A DNA stretch of 64,000 nt from Mantamonas sphyraenae STR306. Taxonomy: Eukaryota > Protista > CRuMs. Positions 36,522 through 49,015 of this stretch are shown here, piece by piece. The position numbers and the translations under genes are program-made. The stretch covers positions 1 through 64,000 of the forward strand of contig JAPMXV010000028.1 of the NCBI GenBank assembly GCA_026936335.1. Reading direction: 5' to 3'. Below the pieces are notes generated by a model. The model was not told the origin of the DNA. It saw only the letters and a program-made list of their open reading frames with translations, and searched no databases. Positions within the stretch are counted from its first letter, which is position 1. Every line of letters begins with the position of its first letter.

Positions 36522-36712
36522 GCACAATCAATTGTCAGTTGATCTCTCCTCTCACTTCAGCGGTGCTCACTGCCCGTTTCCCCCTCCATTCCGTCCCGTC
36601 CTCCATCTGTGTGTCTCTGCGAGCCTGCGCCCAAGAACCAACACAACAGCTCCCGCCACCCTCTCTCAGCTCACCTCGCCTCTCTGCGCGCCGTGTTCGC
36701 CCCTTTGTCGCC

Positions 36713-36955
36713 ATGGCCAACTTTTCTCTTGTCGGCCGAGTGATCATTGTGCTTGGTTGTCTCTTCCTTGCCCTCGCCGCCTACCTGTCGGTGCTGGACG
36801 AAACCGTGGCCGACGAAATTTTCTACGGGATTGCCGGAACCGGTCTCGCTTTGGTCATCGTTGGCTGTCTGTTTCTCCGCGTCGGCATCCAAGTGGAGCG
36901 ACAGGCTGAGAAGAACAGGAGGAAGAAAGACCGAGATCGCATGTTTGCTCTCTAG
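36713..36955 (+). CDS. Small 80-aa two-TM membrane protein
   Basis: MANFSLVGRVIIVLGCLFLALAAYL...GIAGTGLALVIVGCLFL followed by a basic tail; GCCATGG start context. Confidence 0.6.
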   Translation: MANFSLVGRVIIVLGCLFLALAAYLSVLDETVADEIFYGIAGTGLALVIVGCLFLRVGIQVERQAEKNRRKKDRDRMFAL

Positions 36956-37197
36956 GCCGCCGTGCCTCCGTCCGCCTGCCGTGGAACGCGCTTCCCTGTC
37001 TGCGCCGCTGCTTTTCCGCCTCCATACGCCACCCTGGACTCCAATGGGCACCACCAATCTGGTCTACCTGTACACAAGCAATGCCAACATCCATGCGCAA
37101 CCTTCTCTGGCCATTTTCAGTGACGATTGCCGAGCTGGAAGCACACAGCAACTTCCCTTTCATTCTCTCATTCCGTGACTGCCTCCCACATCACCAT

Positions 37198-38982
37198 CTA
37201 CTTTCCATCGTCGTCGTCATCGTCGATAAAGTTCACAAATGTGTCCTGCTTGATCTCACTGCTCTTAAAGTCGATCAAACACTTGTAAAACGTGCCCTCG
37301 GACGTCACAACTGGGAGCCGTGTGCGCGAGGTCAGCGACCAAAGTCTCGTTTTTCACAACGCCGCCCATGCTCCTCCCCGCGCGTCACTCTTTGCAACTC
37401 ACTGATCAGCGCATTCTTCTCTGCTCCAAATGCTGCAATGGCACACGTTTCCTGCATGTAAAACTTGGCAAAGCTCCACTCGGAACCAAAGTAGCCGCCA
37501 AAGATCGAGAACCTGTGAACAAGTCAGTGTACACAGCCAACCGGCCCCGCCCCCACCAAAACGGCATGGTTGTCAGTTCTCACCGCTCCCTTTCACCTTT
37601 TCTTTGCTTCGTAACGTACACGCTTTTCTGGTTCTCTGGTGTGTCGCTGTTGTTCTTGCCCGACCGGGACCTGCCCAGGCTGCTGCTCACGCCTCCGTCT
37701 CCGCTCGAGTCGCCTCCGCTGCTGCTCATGCCGTCCATGTTGCCGTGGTCCCCGCTCGACGAGCTCGATCCTGCCGACGACGAGCTGCTTGTTGTCGCGG
37801 CTGTGTCCTCGTTGGAGTTGAGGGAAAACACGTGCACCGTGCCCTTGTCGCTCGACGCACACAGCATACTGGAGTTGTAGTTGAAGCTCAGACTGAGCAT
37901 GAGCACCTTGTTTGTGCCTCGTCGCAGCTTCTGCAGCCGGTCTCCGGTCTCTGTGTCCCACACGTAGATGTTTGCACCCTGCACACACACACACACACAG
38001 CAACCCAGCACCCTCTGTCAGCGTTTCCATCCCTCTACCCCAACTGCCTTCTTCCACTCTCATGTGCTCCTTACATCCGACGCCGTGGCCACACGGGTGC
38101 CGTCCGAGTTGAGAGAGATGCACGAAAGCGGGTTCTCGTGCGCTTTGATGTACACAGGGTCGCGCTGTTTGAAAAAGTTGATGTGCAGTTCGCCATCGTC
38201 GCGTCCTGGAATTGCCATCACCGCATTGCTGGCGTCGGGGCACAGCGAACACAGCCCTGCGCGTGGATCCCCCCCAGCAAAAACCTGCGTCAGCTCCTTG
38301 ATCCCGCCGTCCCCTCTCTCGGCGCCTGACCTCGTCCACCTCGTACGCTCCCTCCCGTCCATGTCCGTCCACCTACCTCGCTCATTCTCCACCGTTTCGA
38401 TTGCCTGCAGCGGCTTCAGGTTCTGAAAGTTGTACACGTAAACGCGCGTGTCCAGCACGACGACAATCCTGTGTGCGGCCCAGAATGAACCTTGCGCGTC
38501 AGCAACTCTCCGCGTTCCCCCTGGTGCCCCGCACAGCCCACAGCCCTTCTTTGCACACTCACTTGTCTCGTCGAAGCTTGACAGCACGCACTGGAGTGCG
38601 GAATTCCAGCTCCACCAGCTTCTTGTTGCTAAAGTCGTCCCACAGCAACACCTTGTTCTCTGGGTAGTTTGCGTCCGTTCCGTCGCCCACCAGCGCCAGG
38701 ATATTGCACCGGAACAGCATTTCCACATACCCAATCCCGCCATGGTCGAATTCTGTCCATGGGATGCCTTTGTGTCAGCCCTCCTTCGTCCCTCCCTTCA
38801 CCACCAGGCCCTTTTGCTGATGATGCTCAGCCGCACTCACCCCGCCGGAACCGCTCTTTCAACGGGTCGCAGTTGTACACGCGGAACCCATTGCGCGTTC
38901 CACATGCAAAGCACGCATAGTCCTGGTTGAATCCAATAAACTGCGGCAGCGACGGTGAATCTGCATTCTGTGGCAATTGCAT
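37198..38982 (-). CDS. PROPPIN WD40 protein, WIPI3/4-like, paralog 2 (7 exons)
   Basis: [61 protein letters not shown]. Six GT-AG introns. Confidence 0.88.
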
Positions 38983-39032
38983 TTTCCTGCAGGTCGTGCC
39001 TGCGCCCGCGCCTGCGCCCCGCCTCCCCCTCA

Positions 39033-40644
39033 CTACTCCTCCGTGCCACTGCTTCCGCTGCTGCTCCCGCCGCTATTGTTGCTACTTTTCGCCTTTGGTT
39101 TTTCCTGTGGGTCCTGCAGCCCGTTCTCTGTAAACGGCCCAAACAAGTTGTATCGCTCAAACTCGTTGCTCGTACCGCTCTCCTCGTCCACATCCTCCAC
39201 ATTGAACACAATCAGCGTGCCGTCCTCCGACACTGCCACCAAGCGAAGGGTGTCTGACAGTGTACTGAAGCACACTGTGTTCTTTTGGCCCTTCATCGCC
39301 TGATCCAGCTTCACAAAGTACTTTGCTCGAGGCGCTTCCAGCACATCCGACAGCATGTCTCCAAAGAATGACCCCACCAATCCCGACCCACCCTCTCCGT
39401 GGTCAATCTCGAATATGTGCACCGTCTCGCTGTCCGACGACACGGCCAGAAACGCCGCGTCGTCGTTGAACGCCATCTGCTGGATGTTCACCGGAAAGTT
39501 TCCCCGCCTGAATGTCGCTAGCTTCTGCATCGATTGTGACGAGCTGCCCTTGTTTCCAAACACACGTACCACCGTTCCTTGCTGTGATGCCGTCGACAAC
39601 AGCGTACCGTCCCAGTTGAACGAAATGGCACTCAGCGGAGTTTTGTGTGCGTCCACAGCTGTGTTGTGGCCCAGACAGCATCAGCGAGATGTGTGTCCAC
39701 CCGATTGCATCCAAATCACATCCAAATATCATTGTGCGTGTGTGTGTGTGCGTGTGTGCGTGTGTCAGCTGTACCGCGCTCCCCTGCAAAAACTTGTGGT
39801 GCCCTGCCTTCTCCTCAACCCAAGCCTGTGCACACAACGTACTGCAGATGGCATTCAGGTTCAGTGCATCGTACACCTCCACTTTTCCGTACGTCGAGCT
39901 CGACGGGTACGCCAGGTAGCTGCAATTCTCGCTCGTGGGGCTCAACGCGCAAAGGCCCAGCGGGTTCGCTTCCGTTTCCAGCTGGTGCAGCCTCTTCATG
40001 TTGCTGAGCTCGTAGATCTGGATGGTCTTTTCCATCACCACAACCAGCCTGTGTGCCCCGTCCAGCGCCCACCGGTCCGCACGCACCGTCCACGTCCCCG
40101 TGGCCATGCCCGAAAAGCGAAAAGTGTGAGTCTCGTGGCGTTTTTGGCGCCGCGAAAATGGCCCTCCAACGCAACCTCCTTCAATCCGCTTCCCCACTTA
40201 CCGCTTCAGGTTGAACTTCACTGCCAGGATCGTGTTGTTGAATGTCAGCTCGCAAATGATCGAGTTTGTGTTTGTGTTTTGCAGTTTCAGCGTCCGCGGC
40301 GACTCGTCTGCTCCATCCCCTTTGCCCACCAACGCCACCAGTGACGTCCGAAACAGCATCTCCACCAGTGACACAGCCCCGCATTCTACATCCATGCCCA
40401 TCCTCTGCGTGTGTCAGTTGCCGCATTCCCTGCTTCCCCTCCCCCCCTTTGCGTGCCCCGCTCCGCACTCACGCTGTCGCAAACATCGCGTAAACGGGTA
40501 CACCGTGAAGATAGAGAAGCCCAACGTGGTGCCAACTGCAAGGTATGAGTAGTCTTGGTTGAACGAGAAGCACAGCAGCTGCTCTTCGCTCCCGTCTTCG
40601 CTGGATGACGAGGACACCGACGACGATGTTGAGGACGACGACAT
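39033..40644 (-). CDS. ATG18: PROPPIN WD40 protein, ATG18/WIPI1-2-like, paralog 3 (4 exons)
   Basis: [89 protein letters not shown]. Confidence 0.85.
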
Positions 40645-40780
40645 TTTGCCTCTTGCTTTGCCCCGCCGCCGCACACACACCAACCCTCCCCGTACGACTT
40701 CCTCCCACGGTTCCACACGTCCCTTTCCATTTACCCCACATACCATCCCTTCCCAGTCACTGTTCCATCCTGCACGCCAA

Positions 40781-41746
40781 ATGGTCAGCCTGGAGCAAGC
40801 CCGGACTCTCTTGGACGAGCTCCCACCCGTGGACTATGCTTTCTCCTACGGCTCTGCCGTCAGCAAACAGGTCGGCTACGACTACTCTGTCCCTGTCTCC
40901 GCTCTGCCAATGGTCGACTACGTGCTTGTGGTTGACAACAGCCCCGAATGGCACGACGAGAATCTCGCTCGAAATCCAACACACTACTCTGCCTTTGCAC
41001 GCGCCGCTGGAAGCTCAACCGTAGCTTCACTGCAACGAAAGTACGGCGGCCACATCTGGTACAACACGCTGGTTCCCCTTGCCAACGGCATGGTGGCCAA
41101 GTACGGGATCATTGAACGCGCTGATCTTCTCCACGAACTGGACACCTGGCACTCGCTCTACACCGCAGGCAGGCTACACAAACCCGTTCATGTCCTTCAT
41201 TCTGCACAAAAGCACACCTCTTCTTCGCACGACCTCGCCGACAAGCTCCATGCCAATCTCGTTCAAGCTTCTGCCGTCTCCGCCCTACTGCAACCGGCAA
41301 ATGCCCGTCTTTCTGTCCACGACCTCATTATGAACGCTGCAGGCATCTCCTACATGGGTGATCCGCGCATGGGCATTGCAGAAAACCCACGCAAGGTGGC
41401 AAACATCGTCTCGGGCAACCTTGACGCCTTTATCACCCTCTACACTCCCGCCATCGCCACCCTTGCCGCCCACAACTTCCTTCACATTTATCAACACGAC
41501 AACGATGAGCCATTGACGGCGCACCACACACTATCCCGATCCTCGCACCACCTGGAGGATCACCACAAACTCCTCCTACCGGCTGCCCTCCGCAATCACG
41601 CCCACTCGCACTCTGCCCTCTCTGCCGCCATCCACCATCTCATTTCCACCACTGCGCGCGAGCAGACCCTGAAGGGCCTTCTCTCTGCTGGCATGGTCAA
41701 GAGCATTCGCTACCTCGGGGCCAAGCTTCGCAAACGCCTGCTCTAG
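40781..41746 (+). CDS. TAM41: Mitochondrial phosphatidate cytidylyltransferase TAM41
   Basis: AFSYGSAV, MVDY, NPTHYS, KYG, LYTAGRLHKPV, ISYMGDPRMGIAENPRKVANIV, TLKGLLSAG. Confidence 0.93.
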   Translation: MVSLEQARTLLDELPPVDYAFSYGSAVSKQVGYDYSVPVSALPMVDYVLVVDNSPEWHDENLARNPTHYSAFARAAGSSTVASLQRKYGGHIWYNTLVPLANGMVAKYGIIERADLLHELDTWHSLYTAGRLHKPVHVLHSAQKHTSSSHDLADKLHANLVQASAVSALLQPANARLSVHDLIMNAAGISYMGDPRMGIAENPRKVANIVSGNLDAFITLYTPAIATLAAHNFLHIYQHDNDEPLTAHHTLSRSSHHLEDHHKLLLPAALRNHAHSHSALSAAIHHLISTTAREQTLKGLLSAGMVKSIRYLGAKLRKRLL

Positions 41747-41788
41747 GCGGCCAAAATCAATGCATTCAAGCTGGCCCTGTTCATCCAT

Positions 41789-43410
41789 TCATCCACTCGA
41801 GCTGCTGCTGCCACTGTTGCTGCTGTTGCTGCTCGACTCGCCGCTTCCGTTGCTGGGCAGATTCTCCACAAACACAAACGACTCTGCCTCCTCGTACGCC
41901 TCCCCTTTCAGCGTAAATCGCTTCACACAGCAGTTGTGTGGAGACAACACCAGCAGATCATCGTCTGCGTTGAATCCCGCCAGAGAGTGTGTCCCGCAAT
42001 CGTAGATTTGTGCAAACGACCACTCCGACTTTGCCCAATCGCCCAGCATCGACCCCACCACAGGCAAGTACTCTGTCACCCCCTTGAGCAACGTTTCTTG
42101 GTTCTTGGGCAGTGTTCCACTTTTGCCGCTGCCACTTCCGCTGGTGCTTCCGCCGTTGCTGCTGCTGCTGCCGCTACCTCCCGTCCGTCCGCGCTGGGCC
42201 TGTTGCGCCACCTCCTCCGGTAACGAAAACACGTGCACAGTCCCGCGTGCACTCGAACAACACAGCAGCGTGCTGTCGTCGTTGAAGCACAACGATGTGA
42301 TGGTTGCCTGCTGCGACCCTCTGCGCAGTTCTTTTACCAGCACCCCCTCTTGCGTGTCAAACACTCGAATCAGCGTGCCCTGCTCGCACGCCGTTGCCAA
42401 AAGACTCCCTTCCGCGTTGAGTGCCACGCATTGGATCGCACTCCCGGAGTAAGCCTCAAACGTGCGGCTCAACCCGCTCTGCAGTCTCTCCACGTGCACC
42501 TTGCCCACGTTGTCACCCAGTGTCACCAAAACACATTCGTCGCCTCCTCGGTTCATGCACAGCACCCCCCTGGTGTTGTTCATCGTGTCCAGTTGGCACA
42601 CGGGCTTCAAATCTTCAAACCGATACACGTACAGCACCGTGTCCAACGCAATTGCCACACTGCGCGTCCATCCATTGCGATCGTATTGGTGTGCCATTGT
42701 GTGTGACATGCAACAACGTGTGAGCGTGTGTGTGAGCCGGGCACAAACCAAACCAACACCACCAAGTCCCACCGTCTACTTTTCAACGCCTCCCAGCCAC
42801 GTACAAGTCTCGACGGAACTTCACTGCCCGCACTTCTGCATCGGTAAACTCCAGTTCAACAATAAACTTGCGTTGAAAGTCGTCCCAAATCAGCACCTTG
42901 TTCGTTGGGAACGACGCGTTTGTGCCGTCGCCCACAACGCCCACAATGTTTGTTCGGTACAGAACTTCCAGAATAGACACGTGTGCATCCTCAAACTCTG
43001 CAGACATCGACCCACACCACATGGAGCACCCGACCCTTCGGTGTCAATGTTTTCCTGTACCCCCTTGATCCGCGTCCACCAACTTTGGCCGCACTTCCTC
43101 TCGGAATGTACCAAATGGCTGCCGACTTTCCGTCGCAACCCCATTGCCGTTGCACACCACTTCACACATCGCCAGGTCATGATGGACCCGTCCACGTGAT
43201 GCACCGTCCCACTCTCCGTGACATCCGTTGTGTGGACGGGCTATGTGCAGGACCAAACTCACCACGTGCGTAACGCTCGCCAAACTCCGGCTTGGTGTTG
43301 TACACCGCAAAGCCGTCTGAGAAGCCTGCCTGCCATCCCGAACAGTCTTGGTTGAACGAAACGTACAATGGCCACACGTCGTGGTCGACGTCCAGTGTGC
43401 TGCAATCCAT
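41789..43410 (-). CDS. PROPPIN WD40 protein, divergent WIPI3/4-like, paralog 4 (3 exons)
   Basis: SFNQDCS, EVLYRTNIVGVVG, NKVLIWDD, VKFRRD, ATACEQGTLIRVF, ELRRG, SEWSFA. Confidence 0.85.
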
Positions 43411-43465
43411 TGGCGCACGTCGCGCTACCCGACGAAACTCTTCGTCCCCTCCCGCTTTCCAGGCC

Positions 43466-44740
43466 ATGCAGCTCGGCTACAACGCCATAGTCACTGCTCT
43501 TCTGAGCATGGTGGTTGTCGGTGGCGTGGCTAACCGCGTGGTGTCCCGCATCTTGTTTGTGCCCATGGTTCACTACGCCATCTTTGTTTCGTATTTGACG
43601 TCCGTCGCGTACACGCTAGTTTATCTGACCGTCCTGTACGTACGCTACCGCAAAGGCATCGTTACCAAGGACATGCTTCCGTTCCGCCGCGTGTTTTTCC
43701 TCATGGGCTTCATGGATGCCTTGGGCAACGTCATGGGCAACATTGCAAGTGCCCAGCTTCCGGGCCCGCTCCTCCCGCTCCTCGCCCAGATGATCATCCC
43801 GTTTTCCATGATTGCCTCCATCACTATCCTGGGCAAGCGCTACAGTCGCGGCCAGTACTTGGCTGCTCTCATCATCATTGCTGGCGCCATCATCCTTCTG
43901 TTGCCTGACCTTTCTCTGCTCACCGGCTTCTCGTCAGACACAGGCACCGTGTTTTACAGCCTCATTTACGTCGCCAGTGTGGCTCCTTCTGCCATCAGCT
44001 TCACTCTCAAGGAAATGGTCTTTGCCAAGTACGACGTCGACTTGTTTGTCGTCAACAGCTACGACTCGGTCGCCCAGCTCCTCTTTACCATTCTGCTGCT
44101 CCCTGTCGTGCTCATCCCGGGTCTCGGAGGTGGCGTCATGGGCGGGTTGTCTTTGTCCGACCTGCCTCACTACTTTGTGCAAGGCATGCAGTGCCTTGCC
44201 GGAATAAGCCCGACACCCATGGACGATTGCTCCGGTGATCCTTGGCTCCCGCTCATGTATGTATCCATCAATCTGTCCTGGAACATCTGTCTGCTGTTGC
44301 TTCTCAAGTATGGATCGGCCCTGCTCATGTTCATCGGCATCAAGGTGGCCTTGCCCCTGTCCACGCTCGCCTTTTACATCAGTTGGCCCCTGCTGCCTGC
44401 AACCAAGCCCAGCTGGTACACGTTTGTCTCGTTGGTCGTGATCATGGTCGGTGTGGTGCTCTTTCGCCTGCAGACCATCAAGAAGGAGGCGGCCGAGGAA
44501 GCCAACCTCACCGATGGACGCGACGACCAACCCACGGTTGTCTACCAAACGCCCGAAGAGATTGAGCGACGACGCCGCCGTGGCTCCAGTCGATCTTCCG
44601 CAACCATTTCGGGCAGCTTTCCGGCTGCCAAGACGGGCCCACGCGTGCCCAAATTGCTGTCGTCCGGCGGCAAATCGCCAGGGAGCGACAGGTCACCGAG
44701 CGAGTACACGCCGTTGGTGCAGTCTGCAGATGAACTGTGA
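43466..44740 (+). CDS. CRT-like (chloroquine resistance transporter/CLT family) membrane transporter
   Basis: About 10 TM segments; DLFVVNSYDSVAQ, GMQCLAG..DDCSGDPWLPLMYVSINLSWNI; C-terminal SEYTPLV sorting-like motif. Confidence 0.85.
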   Translation: MQLGYNAIVTALLSMVVVGGVANRVVSRILFVPMVHYAIFVSYLTSVAYTLVYLTVLYVRYRKGIVTKDMLPFRRVFFLMGFMDALGNVMGNIASAQLPGPLLPLLAQMIIPFSMIASITILGKRYSRGQYLAALIIIAGAIILLLPDLSLLTGFSSDTGTVFYSLIYVASVAPSAISFTLKEMVFAKYDVDLFVVNSYDSVAQLLFTILLLPVVLIPGLGGGVMGGLSLSDLPHYFVQGMQCLAGISPTPMDDCSGDPWLPLMYVSINLSWNICLLLLLKYGSALLMFIGIKVALPLSTLAFYISWPLLPATKPSWYTFVSLVVIMVGVVLFRLQTIKKEAAEEANLTDGRDDQPTVVYQTPEEIERRRRRGSSRSSATISGSFPAAKTGPRVPKLLSSGGKSPGSDRSPSEYTPLVQSADEL

Positions 44741-44832
44741 AAAGGCGGCGCATGCGCATGGCATGCGCAGAAGCTCCATTGTGCGCGGCGGCGTCCACCC
44801 ATCCACCCCAAAAACAAAAAGCAACACCCAGC

Positions 44833-47800
44833 ATGAGCGAGGAAAACACACCTGTGGATGGTAGGTCACATTGTGCAGCAGGGCATGGGCATATGTGAAG
44901 ATCTTGATTGTGTGCGGCGTCGCAAGGGTTGTCTCTGCGGATGTATGCGACACCGCGGCTCGCTGTTTGCGTGGAAAAACGCAACCTGTTCTTGTGCGTG
45001 ACCCTCCCACTGACGCCGTCGTCTCCCGCACAGTTGTCGAGGACGAAACCGTTGCTACTGAGGAAGAGGAGGAGAAGGAGCCCGAGTACAACGAGGAGGA
45101 GTGGGAGCTGAGCGACATGCGCGGCGAGTGCGAGTGGAAGGTGGAGAACTTTTTGGAGCTGGGAGAAGAGCGGATCTTTGGCCCCGAATTTGACGAGAGC
45201 CCCAAGTACAAATGGTAGGTGCCGCAGTCGTGCCATCCTGCCTGTGCACACCGTATGCGTGTCCTCCCTCCCCTACGCCCTTTCCCGCAACGCCTGCTCC
45301 TCGCCCACGCCTGCATCGCCCACCTGCGCAAGTGTCGAATTCACCCTCTCGGCCGATTTGCAAACTCTGGCCCTTGGCAGCCCCGCCCCCACCTTTTTGC
45401 CACGGTCCCCACCTCCCGCCTTGCCCGCGCACGGGCCCTCGGGTTTCCCAACCACATCTGCTTGGCCCTTTGTTTATACGATGCCTACGCCTTGTCCCTT
45501 CGCCTCTCATGCCCGTCTGCTCACACCCTCTGTGTTTTCCGGCCGCCCTCGTCCGCCCGCCACATTTTTTTTTCCCGCACCCACGTCTGCCCTTCCCTTG
45601 GCGCCCCTTGTCGTTGTTGTACCCCCACACAGGCGTCTCCTGCTCTTCCCGCACGGCAACCGTGTGCCTGACCTTTCGGTCTTTGTGCAGATGGTCGACC
45701 ACGCCAAGAAGGGCTCCGATCTGATGCACATGACCCACTTTGCCATCAGCATCACAAACACCAAGACCGGCGAAGTCGCCGTCAAGGGTACGTTGCATGT
45801 CCCCACCTGTGCCCGTTCATTGCCCAACTCCACATGCGCCTGCCACCCCTCCCATGCATGGCAGCTCTCTCTCTCGTGCGCGCAACACACCCTGCACAAC
45901 GCACTGCTTGCCCTCTCAAAAAATTCTTCCTCTCGTTCCCCGCTGCCCTTTCACCGCCAACGCCCCCACCTTTACCCACCCTTTTCCCCGTTCTCACCCC
46001 CTCTCACACACGCGTATCTCACAGATGCTCACCATCGTTTCAACAAGAACGACTCCGATTGGGGCTTCAACACGTTCATGAAGCTGTCCGAGCTGCGCAA
46101 CCCGGAGAACGGGTGGATCGCAGAGGACGGCTCGCTGACCCTCAAGATCGAGATGCAGGGTTTCCGCGACACCGTTCGCTCCGATCGCATCTTCTATTCC
46201 TACGACTACGATTCGCGCAAGGCCACAGGCTTTGTCGGCCTCCAGAACCAGGGCGCAACCTGCTACATGAACTCGCTGCTCCAGACCCTGTACCACACCG
46301 CCGAGTTCCGCAAGGCCGTGTATCACATGCCCACCGAGAACGACGAGACCAACAACAGCATCCCCCTTGCCCTCCAGCGTCTTTTCTACAACCTCCAGCA
46401 TTCGCCCGAGGCAGTCGAAACCAAGGAACTCACAAAGTCCTTTGGCTGGGACGCGTACGACTCGTTCACCCAGCACGACGTCCAGGAGCTCAACCGTGTG
46501 CTCTGTGACAACCTTGAAGGCAAGATGAAGGGCACAGTCGTCGAAGGCACCGTCGAAAAGATGTTCCAGGGCACCCTGCGCAACTACATCGACTGCATCA
46601 ACGTCGACTACACCTCCACCCGCGACGAGGCCTTCTACGACGTCTCTCTCAACGTCAAGGGCTGCGACAACATCTACGAGTCCTTCGATTCGTACATCAA
46701 GCCCGAAATCATGGACGGCGAGAACCAGTACCGCGCCGAGGGCCATGGTCTGCAAGACGCCAAGCGCGGCTGTGCCTTCATGAAGTTCCCTCCCGTGCTC
46801 ATGATCCACCTCAAGCGCTTCGAGTACGACTTTGAGCACGACGCCATGGTCAAGGTCAATGACAAGTACGCCTTCCCGCCCATGATCGAGCTCGACAAGT
46901 ACCTCCACGAGGACGCCGACCACAGCGTGCCCCAGACCTACGAGCTCCACGGCGTTCTTGTCCACTCGGGTGATGTCCACGGCGGCCACTACTACGCCTT
47001 CCTGCGACCCACCGCCGAGAACCAGTGGTTCAAGTTTGACGACGAGCGCGTAACCACCGCCTCCGCCAAGCAGGCCATCCAGGACAACTACGGCGGCGCC
47101 GACAGCCTCAGCTACACCCTCGGTGGCAAGTCTCTCAACAGCACCAGCAAGCGCCACACCAACGGCTACATGCTTGTGTATGTCCGCATGGCCGACATGC
47201 ACCACGTTCTCGAGCCCGCCAAAGAGGAGGACGTGCCCGAGACTCTCCACGAGCGCTTCCTGCGCGAGCAGGAGGAGCAGGACAAGAAGCGTCAGGAAAA
47301 GGCAGACGCACACAAGTACTGTCAGCTGCGCATCGCCCGCGCCGAGGACCTCATCAAGCACGAGGGTTTCGACCTCTTTGACTACAAGCAGGAGTCTGAA
47401 ACCGTCGTCAAGATCCTCAAGACCTGCACTGTTGCCGAGGCCAAGGAGCAGCTCGCCGAGCAGATCGACGTGCCCGCCTGGCGCCAGCGCTGGTGGCACT
47501 GGGTCTCGCGTCAGAACAAGACCACGCGTCCCGACGTCCCGCTCACCCAGCAGGAGGAGAACAAGATGATCATGGAGGTCTGGCGCTACCAGTCCGACAT
47601 CAATGTCTACGTGGAAATTGCTCCCGAGGACACCAAGGAACCCGAAGTGGACGAAGCTGCCGGCCCAGGAGGCAAGGCCGCATCTGTCTTCCCCGACTTT
47701 GTCGATGGTGACGCCTTGATGAGCTTCAAGTTCTACGACCCGACCAACAAGGAACACCCGCTCAGGTTCATCGGCAACAAGACCGTCAAGGTGACCGAGA

Positions 47801-48966
47801 CGCTCAACAGCATGACTCCCATGCTCCTGGAGATGGCTGGCCTTCCCGAAGGCACCGTCCTTCAGGGCTACGAGGAGATCAAGCCCGGCATGGTCGACGC
47901 GCTCAACGCTGACAAGAGCCTTAAGGATGCAGACATCGGCACCGGTGACCTCATCACCGTCCAGGTTGCCCTGAGCGAGGAAGAGGCCGCACAGGAGATG
48001 GCCAAGTGCACAGACTACTACGAGTACATCCAGCACCGCGTTAACGTGCGTTTCCGCGACATCAGCAACCCCAAGGAGGACGCCGTGGTTATGGAGATGA
48101 GCAAGAAGATGCCGTACGACACTGTCGACGCAGCCCTTGCAGAGAAACTGGGCGTGGAGCCGCTCCACCTGCGCTTCACCGCTCACAACACCTTCTACGA
48201 CCAGCCCAAGACGCACAAAATCAAGCGAAACGACAAGATCAAGCTCAGCGACATGCTGTACGGCATGTACCAGCCGCCCACTGACATCCTCTTTTTCGAG
48301 AAGCTCGACTGCCCAATCACCGAGCTGGAGAACAAGAAGAGCGTCAAGGTGCGCTGGTTTTCCTCGCAAGTCAAGGCCGGCAAGGAACACACCTTGCTGC
48401 TGCCCAAGGACGGCAAGGTCCAGGAGCTGCTCGATCGTGTTGCCGAGCTGGAGGAGCTTGACGCCGAAAATGGCTCGGGCAAGCTGCGTCTGCTCGAGGT
48501 CTGGCATTCCAAGATCACCAAGACCATGCTGCCCACCGACTCGATCTACCTGATCAGCGACTACGCCACCTGGCGCGTCGAGGAGATCCCCAAGGAAGAG
48601 GCCGAGGCAACCGACGACGACCGTGTCGTGCGCGTGCAGCACGTGCAGAAGGAGTCTCCTCTGCTGCGCATGTTTGGTGACCCGTTCTTCTTTGTGCTCC
48701 ACGCCAATGACACTGTCGCTGACGTGCGTGCCCGTCTCCAGGCCAAGCTTGGCATCGAGGACGAAGAGTTCAAGACCTGGAAGTTGGCCATGTGCTCCTT
48801 CCTGCGCATTGATCACTACCTCGAGGACGATGAGGACCTTTCCAAGCTCAACTTTATCTCTAGCGAGTATCTTGGCCTGGAGCACAAGGATACCACCCCG
48901 CACACAACTTCGCGCGGCGGCGGTCACTCCATGTTCCGCGAGAAGGCCATTGTCATCAAGAACTGA
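44833..48966 (+). CDS. USP7: Ubiquitin-specific protease 7 (MATH + USP + UBL), 4 exons
   Basis: MATH domain (WRLLLFPHGN, DWGF); GLQNQGATCYMNSLLQ; QHDVQE; VHSGDVHGGHYY; LGLEH; C-terminal EKAIVIKN. Introns ~44861-45033, 45215-45632, 45788-46024. Confidence 0.95.
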
Positions 48967-49015
48967 AGGAAATGAACATCCAGGACTGCCAATTTCTCAC
49001 CGTGCTCTTGACAGG

